Source: Iphione sp. A-MEVVRFRX5 (Eukaryota). From it: 64,000 bases of DNA. Numbering within the stretch: position 1 is the stretch's first letter; each line of letters begins with the position of its first letter. The position numbers were made by a program, and so were the translations under genes. Location: positions 43,028,001 to 43,092,000 of the forward strand of contig OZ320318.1 of the NCBI GenBank assembly GCA_976226885.1. Direction: 5' to 3'. The notes beneath the pieces were generated by a model. The model had not been told where the DNA came from and did not search any database. It saw only the letters and a list, made by a program, of their open reading frames with translations. Shown one piece after another: positions 51,791 through 64,000 of the stretch.

Positions 51791-51842
51791 TTAGGCCTAA
51801 ACAAAAAAAAAGATCTGTATGTCTGGTAATCCGACCGACCCT
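51791..51842 (+). repeat. Dispersed repeat terminus (TTAGGCC...CTGGTAA.CC.ACCGACCCT), copy 1
   Basis: Similar to 56380-56427 in the same orientation. It looks like a DNA-transposon end; family not determined. Confidence 0.45.
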
Positions 51843-52227
51843 GATTTTTGAAGTTTTAATATTTTCTTGTTTGTTTTACATCTTGAGACTGGGTAATAAT
51901 AGAGACTTATACAAAATATCATTTCTTTCCCTTACATCATTAGCTTTCAGTAAAGTATAAGTAGTACAAGTGACAATACCATTTACATTTTTTGCTTTCA
52001 GGGTCCATAAAGATTGAAAAAATATTGCAAATAAAATAAATACCACCTACCCACTGAGCCTATAGTTTATCAGCATGTCACAGGAAAAACACAGAACATT
52101 TTCCTTATGTCTATAGTAAAAGGTTAACACTGTTTGAATCACTTTAGTGTTACACTGATTACACCCAACATCTGTTTGTGAACGAAATAGGTGGAATAGA
52201 GCAGAAAAGATGTCCTGATAATACACT

Positions 52228-52276
52228 TGATCCATATAATATTATGATCCATATAATATTATGATCCATATAATAT
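52228..52276. repeat. 17-bp tandem repeat x~3
   Basis: tgatccatataatatta is repeated. Confidence 0.8.
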
Positions 52277-54979
52277 TATGGCTTGGCTACATCTATATAA
52301 CTCCCGTGTGAATACAAATGTTTAACTGTGGTACCTCATACCTTCACATTTTGTCTGACCTGGATACAGTGGAATGTCCCTATTATGGACACTCTCTGTT
52401 CTGACCTGTACTGTCCGGATTTAAAATAGGGCCGCTTTAGGAGTCTGCGAGTGGCATAGGAAAAGCAGCATATTTCCTCACATTTATGTTGACATTTTCT
52501 CACTTTTCTTCACATCTGTTCGCCAACTTTTTGGCCACATAGGCGATCCGTTAATTAATGTTCTACGTTCACACGGAGTGACCTCCTGACTACCGATTTA
52601 GCCCAGTCACCGCTGGAACATGCAGTAAATCGCAGCCAAACAAGCAAATAAACACAAAAATAAACAGACATGTGCATCCATATGAATATAGTGGCATCCT
52701 AGGTATCACAACCGTGAGACTCCAGCAGACCCTAAACTATCCCTGGATTACTTACATATGCTATTCCATAATGCACCGCGCCATCGACAGGGTTCGTTTG
52801 ACTAGCGTGTCTCCCGGAGGTGGTGATTTGTAGGCGACTAACTTCAGTTTATTCCTCGGAACATTACTTATATCTGATAATGACCTTATTGAACCCCAGA
52901 GGCAAATACATGTGAATGCAAAATTGCATATATCTAATCATTTCAATGTTCGCTTTATTTTACTGGAATGCTATAATACAAATATACTAGCTTAGAATAC
53001 AGACAATCAATTACATGTACACGTACATTATACACTACCGTACGTATGTAGGTCTACTATTTCGACACTGTAGCATCCCTGTACCTCAGTACGTAGTATA
53101 GCAGCCTTCCTAACACACCTACATTCAGCAGTGGCTGATCTTCACGTACTTCGCATGCCACATGACACTCCTTATCAACAGATGGCTTTTGGATTAATGG
53201 CCTGGGACGAGTACTCTCTTGATAAAAATCTAATATGACATTCAAACATTGCTGACCAACAGCAATTTAATCTACATGATCGGTCGTATGCCACCATAAA
53301 ACAACGTTTTTTCTGGGTGCATTGGAAGTCTGAATTACATTCTACACGACTGACCGTCCGCCATCTGTGCTTTCCATATTTATTAAATGCCATAGCCATA
53401 GGTTGATTTTTTTTTTATGAAAACGTGAAAACAGAAACACAAATGTTCGAAATCTGAGATTCCGAAGTTCGTGTAGATTTTAAATCAATGCAAAAAGTCT
53501 CCAGTAGCTACACTTATCTGTTAACCGAACGAAATTGCGTAGAACACTGGTAATCGGCTATTCAGGGTGGACTGTATTTAATTCGCACGGTGCTTGTCCT
53601 GGCATATAAAGAAATGTTTGTATCGGCGGTTCTGTAGTTAGTCGATAGGCTATTCACTCACAGTGTTGTCCAGGGGACTACCTCATTCCCCAATAAATGC
53701 ATGTCAGAGGTCCAAGCAGCAGAATGAAATATTGATACTACTTATCATTCGAACGTCGGTACCTCTGAATTCTACTCTAATGAACGTGATTTGAACACAG
53801 CCAACAGTATGGAACATCACAACCACTAAGTACTCGGTATAAAATGCTAAGCTACGATAATATTATTCTCAAATGCTATGGTTTCTAGAGCTAACCATAC
53901 TAAGAGCCTGGTATCTATCTGACCACTGACTGTTGAGACAAAGCATCGGGACCTGAAAACTCCCAGACTGGCTATTTGAGAGCTTGAGTTAGGATGCCTA
54001 TAATTTAGTCACAGCAACATACAGTTAAATCGAGATGATTAAAAGGTAAGAGTCACTCACTCCTTGAATAGCCATAAAGGTAAATCTTCAATCAAAATTT
54101 CATTTTCTCTGAAGTACAGTTCTTGAATATCAATTACCTCATGAGCGTACATCCTTATCAGAACCAATCGTTCAGACTGTTTAGCATACATAAAGATCCT
54201 ACTGTCGCCAGTTGGAGTAACCGTGTAGAATATTTTAACAATACTTGCCACTGATGTCCTATAGCTTTGTAGGTAAATAACGCGATGGTCAATTTATATC
54301 GAACCTTTATTTTATTCCATGTATATCAGGACACCATCCAGACCAACATACAATGTATGTGTATGTGTAGATATTTGATTCTCAAAAATAAAAACTTGTG
54401 TGCCACCATATCTGTGTCCATGCACATGTATTAAATATAAGGCGGGTAAATGCGTTACTGTGTCTTTGGTCCATGAACTAATTAACATACACGATTAATC
54501 ATTACTCCGCAATACTTTCATCATCTAAGTACCTCTGCTGCCAAGCCCCTCCTCCATGTAAATACTGGAAGTATATCATTTACCATGCCAGTAGCCATTT
54601 CGTGTTCTGTCTCTCCCAACTGCCTGTTAGACTCAATAGCTCTGTGTGTCTACCACCAAGCAACAACTTCATCTAAAGACTGTATCACTACCAATGCATC
54701 GGGAGAGTGTACAAATGAAGATATCTGAGAGGTAGGGAAAAAGTTGAACTCTGGTATATGTGTCCCTCGGTGTGTGTGATGTCTAAAGAGGTCTAGGCCG
54801 ATCTCGATGCCCACCCCAGGGGTGTCAGTGTCTACTGCAGGTGCCACTGCTTCATACCACCTTGTCTACCTATCTACCTGTCTATCCCTCACTGATAAGT
54901 CTAATACCCGTGCTTATAAACAGTCTGCCGGTGGGCCTCCATCGAAGAATTCTCCACTGCTGGTGGTCCAACATTTTTA

Positions 54980-55065
54980 GACCAACCCAAAAGTCACAGA
55001 TCAAATCAAGGCCTTTGATCAACCTCATCGTCGGGCGATAACACAGTTACGAATCAAACTTTCTT
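54980..55065 (+). pseudogene. Possible decayed LINE ORF2 C-terminal fragment
   Basis: Translation KVTDQIKAFDQPHRRAITQLRI resembles the HRRA(I/L)TxLRIS motif. The match is short. Confidence 0.3.
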
Positions 55066-55527
55066 TTGTGGTTATTCTCTCTAAAATTTCGCAAATTCAT
55101 AATTTCTTCAGAGATATATGCATGTACACTAGACATTTTTGTTTACTTAATGGTAGTTTCTTTAATAAGTGGGAGACAAATTAATTGTATGAATAACACA
55201 CAACATAGGTGCATTACCAGCTATCCAAATGATAATGATCAATAAAATGCAATATTAAGAGGTGAAGATAAGAACTCGATATGGCGAATTATTTTTTTAG
55301 TAAGTTGTCTCATTTAAGGTTAATTTTGATACCGGCATATTTTTATATTAGGTTATGCCCTCTGCCATAGAATAATGTTTCCACGTGCTCAGGTGAGATA
55401 AGGTGAACTTGGTATACAACTATGCCGAGCATTATGACCTAATCTGAAGTCACGGCCGATTAGTCGCAGTTGTCAGAGCAAGAGCCCCGTGGAATCCATC
55501 CTAACTTACCTAATGGAGCGACAAGTG

Positions 55528-55541
55528 CCCGCAGAGGGCGC
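55528..55541 (+). promoter_or_regulatory. CTCF-like motif
   Basis: CCCGCAGAGGGCGC matches the consensus at 13/14 positions. Confidence 0.3.
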
Positions 55542-56379
55542 TGCATGATTCTATAGGTTGCAGGTGTGTGTGAGGTTACGGGGCGGTCAAGGTCTTCCAC
55601 AGAGGGAGGATATGAGGGTCACTGCACTCGACACATATTAAGCTAAGAGGAATCGTTAATTATCCCCGACGATAATGATTCTTAGGTCCCTAAGAATAAG
55701 AGGTCATGAAGAAGTCATAATGTTTCAGAGAGGAAGGCAAGGAAGGAAACAGCGTGAGCGTAGGGGGTGGGGGGCTATTGGTGTAAAGTAGAGGCGGCGT
55801 AGGTTTCAGGGAGTGATTGGTAGTGGTCGGGTGTATGACTCCATTTGGGGAAATGCATTTCGTCTGTGGCAAATATTTACGGAAGACGGGGCCGAGAGGG
55901 GGCGCAGAAAACAGAAGGACAATGAGAAGGAGAAGAGGACCCCTACATTTAGGAAAAATGATAGGCACACGAAAGAAAAGTAGGGGAGCGCAGATGTAAG
56001 GAGAGCGAGAATTTAAACAGGGAAGATAGAGAGATTTATTTAATAAAGCAATATAGAGAGAATGAAAAGAGACAGAGGGTGAAAAATATAGAGTGGACAG
56101 AGAAGAAACAGAGATAGGGCAAAGAAGGAGAGAATTGGAGAGACATTATGGAGGTAGTGAAAAGAGAGAGGGACACCATGGAAAGATAGGCGACGGGAGG
56201 AAAACGCGGAAAGATAGATGGCTGGAGACAGAAAAGAGCTGGTTGGATAGCCAGCAACCGGAAACGGAATGGAGACAGATCGATGTACCGAAAAAGGGAC
56301 GGACAGGTCGACAGACAAGCAAACATCTCTTGCTGGCTGTATGCAAATACCGTTATGTAACCCACCGAGGCAGATTAAC

Positions 56380-56427
56380 TTAGGCCTTGTAAACAAATTC
56401 TGTGTTTCTGGTAACCCAACCGACCCT
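56380..56427 (+). repeat. Dispersed repeat terminus, copy 2
   Basis: ttaggccttgtaaacaaattctgtgtttctggtaacccaaccgaccct resembles 51791-51842. Confidence 0.45.
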
Positions 56428-56844
56428 ACATCATAACCATTTGTTATTTTATTTTAATCTTGTTTTTGAATAACTTTAGAATGAATAGTGACAGAAACAC
56501 ATACTATACATGATTTTGCCGCTTACATTGTTAGCTTTCATTTGGTATATATATACATATATATATATATTGTGACAGTACTTATTGTGATAGAGAATGT
56601 GTCTTTACTAATAATGTTCTCAAAGTACTAGTGTAATGTAAAGTGTATACAGTACACTCTCTCCATTCCGGACACACTCGGTTCTGGCCCAAACCATCTG
56701 CATTTGAGAGGCATCCGTATTTGAGACAGGGTACAGTGGGGGTCTAACTAGAAAATGAAATCCCTTTCTCCCTCTCTCTCTACAACTGATATGTACATAC
56801 CAAATACAATGCATCTCTAGTAACAGGTGTATACTCCCTGAAAC

Positions 56845-56964
56845 GTCCAAAAAGTGCTGAATTTGATGACTCTAAGTCCAAAAAGTGCTGAATTTGATGA
56901 CTAAAAGTCCAAAAAGTGCTGAATTTGATGACTTAAAGTCCAAAAAGTGCTGAATTTGATGACT
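56845..56964. repeat. 31-bp-period tandem repeat, 4 copies
   Basis: An identical 27-bp unit gtccaaaaagtgctgaatttgatgact occurs at 56845, 56876, 56907 and 56938, separated by 4-nt linkers ctaa/aaaa/taaa. Confidence 0.9.
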
Positions 56965-57407
56965 AAAAGAGGTGTGAGATACAGTCCTTCCAGGGTGTGA
57001 GAGACATCAGAGAGGTCACCATTGATGTCCATGGTCTCTCCCACCAGCCTCTCCAGTGTGTGAGAGACATCAGAGAGGTTGCCGTTGATGCTGCCGGCTG
57101 GTATAGACCGCGAATTGGCAGGTTTAGACAGCAATGGAGGGTTTAGACCAAGAATAGATTGGTTTAGACTGATTTCAAGCTGTGAATTCGCATTTCAAGA
57201 TGTGAATTCGCACAAAAACATGTACAGAGACTACCCTTTCAGGGTGTCTACAGGGAGGCGCTCTGTAAAATTAGCTGTCCTGATTGGAGACGTCTGCTTA
57301 TAATGGTTATGTAGGGGAATAGATTCCATTCTGTGTCAAATCGTCCGCATTGTAGACGCGTCCGCTTCCGAGACATGTCCGCAGGCAGGGAGTGTACTGT
57401 AGTTATA

Positions 57408-58724
57408 GGGGAAAGGTGGGTAATTTGGACCAGTTGGTAAATTGGACCACATCAAGATCTTTCATTTTCAGGCAAGGAAGGAATATGAGCACCACCCAAC
57501 AACAAGTAATATAACTACACAATGTCTCAGAACTAAAAAATGGTGGCTTCAAAAAAACATGTGCCAAGCTGAGACATATTATTGGTTTTACGTCTCACTG
57601 ATCTAATTTTACCAATTATATTTGGCAATGTAGTTGCAAGCAGAAAGTACATAGACCCCTATCATAACTTTATATCAATACTGTCTCACTCAGAAGCAAT
57701 ACTAACATCAAGTTTAGTCTCTGTCATTTACACAAAAATGAGCAGAAAATATTTTTCCTGGGGATTGGTGTGTGGGTAAATTGGACCACTATAGGGAGGG
57801 TAAATTGGACCACTGGTCAAACTACCTTACTCAGTCCAATCTACCTACACAACCATTACCTTTTCTTTTATCTGTTAAGCAGGCTTTGGAGAAATCTTGT
57901 GGTATCTGTATTTGGTCTTAACATTGAGCTATCATATGAAGACAATCTATTTTGAACTAAGACAGTAAATGTAGTGCAAATTTATGGAACTCCACAATGT
58001 ACCCTTTTCTACTGTAAGTATTTTTTATTGAAATGAAATACATCATTTAAGAAAATAAATAGAGAAACATTTCTTGGTTTTTATTTATTTACTTTTGGTT
58101 TTAACATATTTTGGACAAGATAACTGGTATAGATGTGTGGTAATTTGTCCGGGTATTCAAGAAGGTCATCAACAAAGCTCCTGTCACTAGTGCAAGGAGC
58201 TTTTTAGGCCTGAGAGGTTATCTTGTCAAAGGAATTTTCTAGTTTTTAAAATGTTTGGTGAAACATTATAAATATACATGTGCACACAGTTTATAAAGTT
58301 GCAGCAACAGGTATGAAAGGAATCTAATACCCCATGAATGCAAGTCCCATTCTGTTGTACATATTTTGATGGTAGAAGTCACAAAGTCAATTGGCATAAC
58401 AACTAATAGTGACCAAAACCTTTCTAAGCCATGCTGTTGTTCATGGGACTTACAAATCTAGGACCTAGATTCATTTTACACCTGACTGTTCAGAATTTGG
58501 CACCTGGTCCAATTTACCCTCCCTGTTCGGTAAACTGTACCAGTCATAAAAAATTTTCAATTGCATTTTACTCAAAGACTAATATAACTAAAATTCCCTC
58601 AGTTTGTTAAAATATGCTGCATACCCTAATGCTTTAAAATAAGCAAAGTTTTTGTACAGTGGCTTAGACATTTTAATTTTAGAGCATGTTGTTCTTAGGG
58701 GGTCCAAATTACCCACCCTTCCCC
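57408..58724. mobile_element. Non-autonomous Tc1/mariner-pogo-like TIR element, 1317 bp, TA TSD
   Basis: GGGGAAAGGTGGGTAATTTGGACC at 57408 and its inverse GGTCCAAATTACCCACCCTTCCCC ending at 58724 differ by 1 mismatch, with TA on both flanks. Internal repeats of GGTAAATTGGACCA lie at ~57436, 57776 and 57799, and inverted at ~58506. Confidence 0.8.
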
Positions 58725-59321
58725 TACGTTACCAAGTAAAGCCTTGTATGATGCACTTAACTGTACCAAAAAGATATTTTTCACCAACTACTCATGTTCT
58801 TAGGATCAGCTCTCAGTGGAAACCACTTACATATAAAACATTGTAACAACTTCTTTTGTGGACTCATATCACATATGAACAAAGTAACTATTATAGTCTC
58901 CATCTTATAAGGTATCCTGGATACTTGGTGCTGTGACATCACTCCATGTAAAACACTAGACAACTATTTTTTATCGCCATTTTAATGAATGAAAATTTCT
59001 GGATCATTCAATATTTGTGTGCAGTGTTTGCCATAAGGTTTGAGTATATAGAGAGAGTAGCCCTGACACTCTAGTCAGACTTGCCACTTATCAAACTCTG
59101 CAATGCTGTATGCTGTGAAGAAGAATAAAGGCTGCAATTGAACTAACTAGTTTTGTGTGCACTTTGTTGTTACAATATTTCATTAAGATTTAAGCAGTTT
59201 AAGTGGCATTACCATACATGTCTGTTGCTTTTAGGATCTTTTAGCAGTAAGATAAAGAAAGATAAAAAAAGTGGCCTAGTGACTGACCCTGTATTTTATC
59301 AGCTTGTTACCGGAAACGCAG

Positions 59322-60039
59322 AACTTATTTTAATGACAAATTATTTAATCCGAAAATCATACCTGGGTCCGAGGCAACTCATTCACCCTATTCAGTAATA
59401 TATCTGATGATTAAAATATGCCAGGCGTAAAAAAAGGAGAGGAGATGAAAATTAAAGGACTGCTATTCATCATGTGCTGAAAGCTTGGGTAAGTGTTGCA
59501 GGGACATTAATTGTTTTTCCTGTGCCAAGAGCTGTGAAAATTTGCATTTGCTTTGGGCCCAGTATTCATACCTGCGTTGAGGTGTGTTCCCCTGCATTTG
59601 CCATCCGTGTTCATTTACATGCATTTTGCCATCATGCAGCTCAACACACAAGGGTGTCATTTGACTTGACATTTAGGTTAAACTTGTTTTAATGACAAAT
59701 TATTTAATCCGAAAATCATACCTGGGTTAGAGGCAACTCATTCATCCTATTCAGTAATATATCTGATGATTAAAATATGTCAGGCGTAAAAATAGGAGAG
59801 GAGATGAAAATTAAAGGACTGCTATTCATCATGTGCTGAAAGCTTGGGTAAGTGTTGCAGGGACATTAATTGTTTTTCCTGTGCCAAGAGCTGTGAAAAT
59901 TTGCATTTGCTTTGGGCCCAGTATTCGTGCCTGCATTGAAGTGTGTTCCCCTGCATTTGCCATCCATGTTCATTTACATGCATTTTGCCATCATGCAGCT
60001 CAACACACATGGGTGTCATTTGACTTGACATTTAGGTTA
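59322..60039. repeat. 359-bp tandem duplication
   Basis: The copies 59322-59680 and 59681-60039 are near identical; the ORF track shows duplicated ORFs offset by 359. Confidence 0.92.
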
Positions 60040-63000
60040 CATTAAATCCAGAATAGATCTCTGTTATGGATGAAAAAGACAATTTGATGCTAAAAACCAT
60101 GAAAAATTTAAAAAATGATGGGAAAATGATGAAAAAAGGTCAAATATGTTAAAAGTCATGAAAACCAGTGAAAATGACAGGAAAAATGATGAAAAGGGAC
60201 AAATATGATGCTTAAAGCTGTGGAAAATGGCAAAAATGACAGGCAAATGAATGAAAAAGGACAGAGATGATGTTATAAGCCATGAAAATGATGAGAAAAA
60301 TGATGAAAAAGAATGCATTTACGCATCATTATGCATATTTTCACCTGATTCAAAGAACATTGGCGATATATACTCCTTTGCAATTGGCATCTGCATGTGT
60401 TAAATTATTGGACAGGTTCTATAATCAACAATGGATGCCAAATGCACAAAAATGCAAAGATGCACTCAACAAACACCATTCAATAGATATCACTGGTTCA
60501 ATATAAATGCACCTCAATGCACCTAAAACGCAGGAAACTAATGCAGGTATGGAAACTGGACCGTACTACTGAACATCCGATTGCTGTTAACCTATCTATT
60601 TGCTGTAAAGAAATAATAAATTTCTATCCAAGTTTATATCTGTCCCTTTGTATTACTGCAGGATGCATGTACCGCGGGCACACTGCTTTCTTGGAAACTG
60701 ATAGAGGAAATAGTGATTCTTCGTGTTTAAAGCGTAGATATTAGGCGTAGATATTAGACTAAACATGTGACACATTTACGTTCATACCTGTAGTGAAGAA
60801 ACATTACTTGTCGTACCCTGAACTTAAACGAAGCCATCTTTTTACCAACACCTTTTGAGCTACTTCCTTCATATATCACTATTAAAAGCCTTTATGGTAT
60901 GCAAGATAAAACGCTCTCTCTTAATGAAAAACCAGTTTCAATGTTGTTGCCTCATCCATATATAGTGCAGCACTGCCCTTCTTGTTTAAGGGTCCTTTGT
61001 ATGAACACTGGCGGGTTCTTTTGAGGCTGAGGTTTCGTGGTTGTCATACTAAAAGCTAGGTGTGAGTATAATGGTAGAGAGAGACACTAGAAAAAAATAG
61101 GCAGATGGGTACTCTTAGTGGGGATAGGCCTTATTACAGCCCAGTGCCGCTTAGTTGAGCTGTATCCCGTAAGGCGTCAAACAGAAAATGAACGAGCCAT
61201 TGTTGCTATTATTGTCCATCTGTCAGGTGACCCAGAAGAACAGCAAGAGATTCCAGAGAACAGCGATATAGTTAAACAAGATATTGAAATACAGTTTGTA
61301 GTCTTTGTGTTACTAAGTCATAAGTTTGTACTGGTACATAAAAAATAGACTGATTGTTCTGTTGCTTCCTCTCATCTTATATCATATTTCTTGCACTTGT
61401 TTTTATCTTGCCATTCGGTAGTGCTCAGTAGAAAAAAGAGATGCAATTTACGCTTAGTTGGAACACATGTGGGCACCACTTTTTACGTCTAGTTCTGGTG
61501 TCAAGTGAAACAGCAGCTGTCGCTAAAAGATGAACTGCACAGCGGCCAAACGGATGTCTACTCCCATCACGGTGGAACGTGAATCCAATACCTGCTCCTT
61601 GCCCGACTCTCGTCTGCCTCAATCATTCTTTACCCGCAGCTCTCCAACAGCTTTGGGGGTTAGCTCTAGAAGCTGTCCCTCTCTCACACACACCCTCTCC
61701 TTTGCACCGTCTTTCTCAAGCTCTCTGTTGTGCTTCCTCACTCTCTAACTATCCTTCTAGCCTTTTCTCTCTAGCCCGCTCTCTAGCCTGGTTTCATAAG
61801 CTCTGTACTTCTTTTTCTAGTTCTGTCTACCTTGCTACGTCGTTCTCTAGCTCGATTTCTCGTTTAGTTCCCGGAGCACCCTTCTGCCAATGTCCAAACT
61901 TACTCTCTCTATTCCTCCCTTATTGCATTGTTCCTCATCTATAACCTCTCCATATCACACTCATTAGTCACATGTCCCTCCCTCACGGCTTCTTGTAATT
62001 TCTATTACTCTTCCCCTTTTCCACTTTCTCTCCTTCCTTTACCTTCGTCGCTCACTAACTCCCTTTCTCACTATATGTACTTGATCTTATCGCACACTTC
62101 CATCATTGTTCGACAGTTTTCTTTTTGTCCCCCTGTCTGTCTGTCTGCCTGTCTCTTTTTTCTCTACTGGATTGCCATGTTTTGTTGGTATATCCCCTTA
62201 CGTTGTTGTCTCCTTTACCGCCGCATTGTCTGCCTGCTATATAAATTGTTTGTTTTTTTCTTGAAGTCCTTACCACCTGCTTGTGAATGTGGTAAGACAA
62301 TCTTTTCTGTACTTATCTTATACCCAAGCCATTTACCCTGGCAATCATAGTTCCTTTCTTACTTTCTCTCTGTGTTTCTCTCTCTGTCTTGCTCAGTTTC
62401 TCTGTGTGTGTATCTCTCTGTTCCTCTCTCTGTCCTTCTCGCTGAGACCTAGATGATACAATGAGCATATCCTTGTAGGATCAACTTGCGTTGTGATGGT
62501 GCAAATCTCTCATAGTGCAAAGGGTCCTTTTCCTTTCATCGGATATTATGATGACTGGCTCACTGATTTACTGAAGCCACAAAGACTGTATATGTAGGAT
62601 CCCATATGTGAAGAATAACCCCAAAACAATGAGGACGTGACAAATGATTAAGTACAATTAACAGTTATATGTTTTATCATTTTTTTCTAACTTAAACAAA
62701 CTATAATATTATAGATATGTTATTATGTAATGTTATTTAGCGGTTCTGATTTACTACAATATTCTAGGCCTATTTCATTTTAATTTTCTTTAATTAATGT
62801 GACTTAAGCCAATTTACATATATGTTTCATAAAAACTTGTCTCTAACCTAACCAAACTTCAATGTTGTAGACACATAAATTATTATGTAATGTTATCTGA
62901 AGGTTGTGATTTAATGTTTATACAATGTTGTGTAAGTGTCTTTTTCTGACCTAACCAAGCTACAACATTGTAGACATGTTATATTTTAACATTACCTAAC

Positions 63001-63229
63001 GGTCCTGATCTAACATTTATACAATGTATAATGACACTTATATATTGTATGATTTAATGAATTATACAATGTATGACAATTATATAACTCCCTGGGGTGC
63101 TCTTTAAGTCCAGTAGGGGCAGGTCAACAGAGGTAATAGGTTAATGATGTGGGAGCTTTTACACCTTACCTTTGCTTTGGCAGCAGGACTCCTGTGGCTA
63201 GGTGCGCCAGTTACATGGCCTAATTTATC

Positions 63230-63735
63230 GATTTCCTGACAGTGCCTGCATGTACGTATGGCACTTCGGTTTGTGGTATGGTTTTAACCTTGCGGTTCAT
63301 TCTCATTGGATATTTTGGTGCTAAGGAGGAGACCCCTTAGCTTTTGGTCTCTGTAGTCCACAGATGAAATCAACTATGTGAATTCATGGATTGCACATGA
63401 TCTGCCTAATAGGTCCCAGTTCTCTGTGATGCTCCTCTTCAGTCCATTATAGGCTAAAGGAAAAATTGTCACTAGGATTGAGTTCATTCCCTTATTCTTG
63501 CCTTTGCTAGCCTGATTTAGTCGTGAGGTTTGGGTCGTTTTGCATATTTGTTCATATGCACTGGCAATCAAATCTAGTGGGTAGTGGTTAGAGATAAAGG
63601 CTCTGCCCATTTGATTGCTGATGTGACAAAGTCATAATTATTGCCATATATGCAGTGAATCAGGAGCAGTTGCTCATAGGGAATTCCACTCTTGCAGTGG
63701 GTTGGGTGGCACGAGGAGTAATGAAATAACCCACA
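63230..63735 (-). pseudogene. Penelope-like element (PLE) fragment: RT C-terminal region and Cys-linker toward GIY-YIG
   Basis: Minus strand gives FHYSSCHPTHCKSGIPYEQL, then after a frameshift MGRAFISNHYPLDLI...LVTIFP...NWDLL, then YR..KLRG and IRTCRHC. This is the typical PLE RT C-terminal sequence order. Confidence 0.75.
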
Positions 63736-64000
63736 AACATTTGAAAATAATAATAGGCGCAACTCCGGAACATTAGAGAGATGAATAGTGAGGCCCTAGC
63801 TATGAAAATAATAAATGAATGTACAACCGCTGCTTTCTTTCTCGTCTACCTTCCTAACTTCCTAACAAAAGTTTTTCTCATACGCCTACCTAAGAACCGT
63901 CATCAAACATGGATAAATTCTCGTAAAGAATGTGTGCACAGATCCTGGGATAAATTACGTCTCATGCATAAGAAAGGTTTTGATTTCGATTCAGGGTGCC

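Noticed and set aside
56845-56964. CRISPR-like array
   Set aside because: The spacers are only 4 nt, there are no cas genes, and the context is eukaryotic.
61227-61300. Acidic candidate exon (GDPEEQQEIPENSDIVKQDIEIQ)
   Set aside because: The acceptor is plausible, but there is no good donor and no recognisable homology.
1-64000. tRNA, rRNA or tRNA-derived SINE genes
   Set aside because: No convincing A-box/B-box pair, cloverleaf or rRNA-like sequence was seen by eye; tRNAscan-SE/Infernal would be needed to exclude them.

Overview
Repeat-rich, gene-poor animal (probably invertebrate) genomic DNA with two assembly gaps. No host protein-coding gene could be identified with confidence. The dominant feature is a young, apparently full-length ~7.4 kb CR1/L2-group non-LTR retrotransposon (about 29650-37051, + strand) with an unusual architecture. 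Its ORF1 (coiled coil + L1-type RRM/CTD-like region) ends in a ~150-aa domain carrying NADAR/YbiA-family motifs (ADP-ribose/N-glycosidase hydrolase family). A ~2 kb spacer holds an extra 205-aa ORF and a possible small two-TM ORF. ORF2 (APE endonuclease + RT) is intact except for one in-frame TAG at codon 18. The element ends in AATAAA + (AAACTTG)n and has a candidate TTAGGC target-site duplication. The rest of the window contains decayed LINE and Penelope fragments, several non-autonomous TIR elements (CACT-ended, pogo-like, a 115-bp mini-MITE), a palindromic repeat family, tandem duplications, mini- and microsatellites, and several promoter-like motif clusters. All domain and family calls come from motif recognition by eye, not from database searches.
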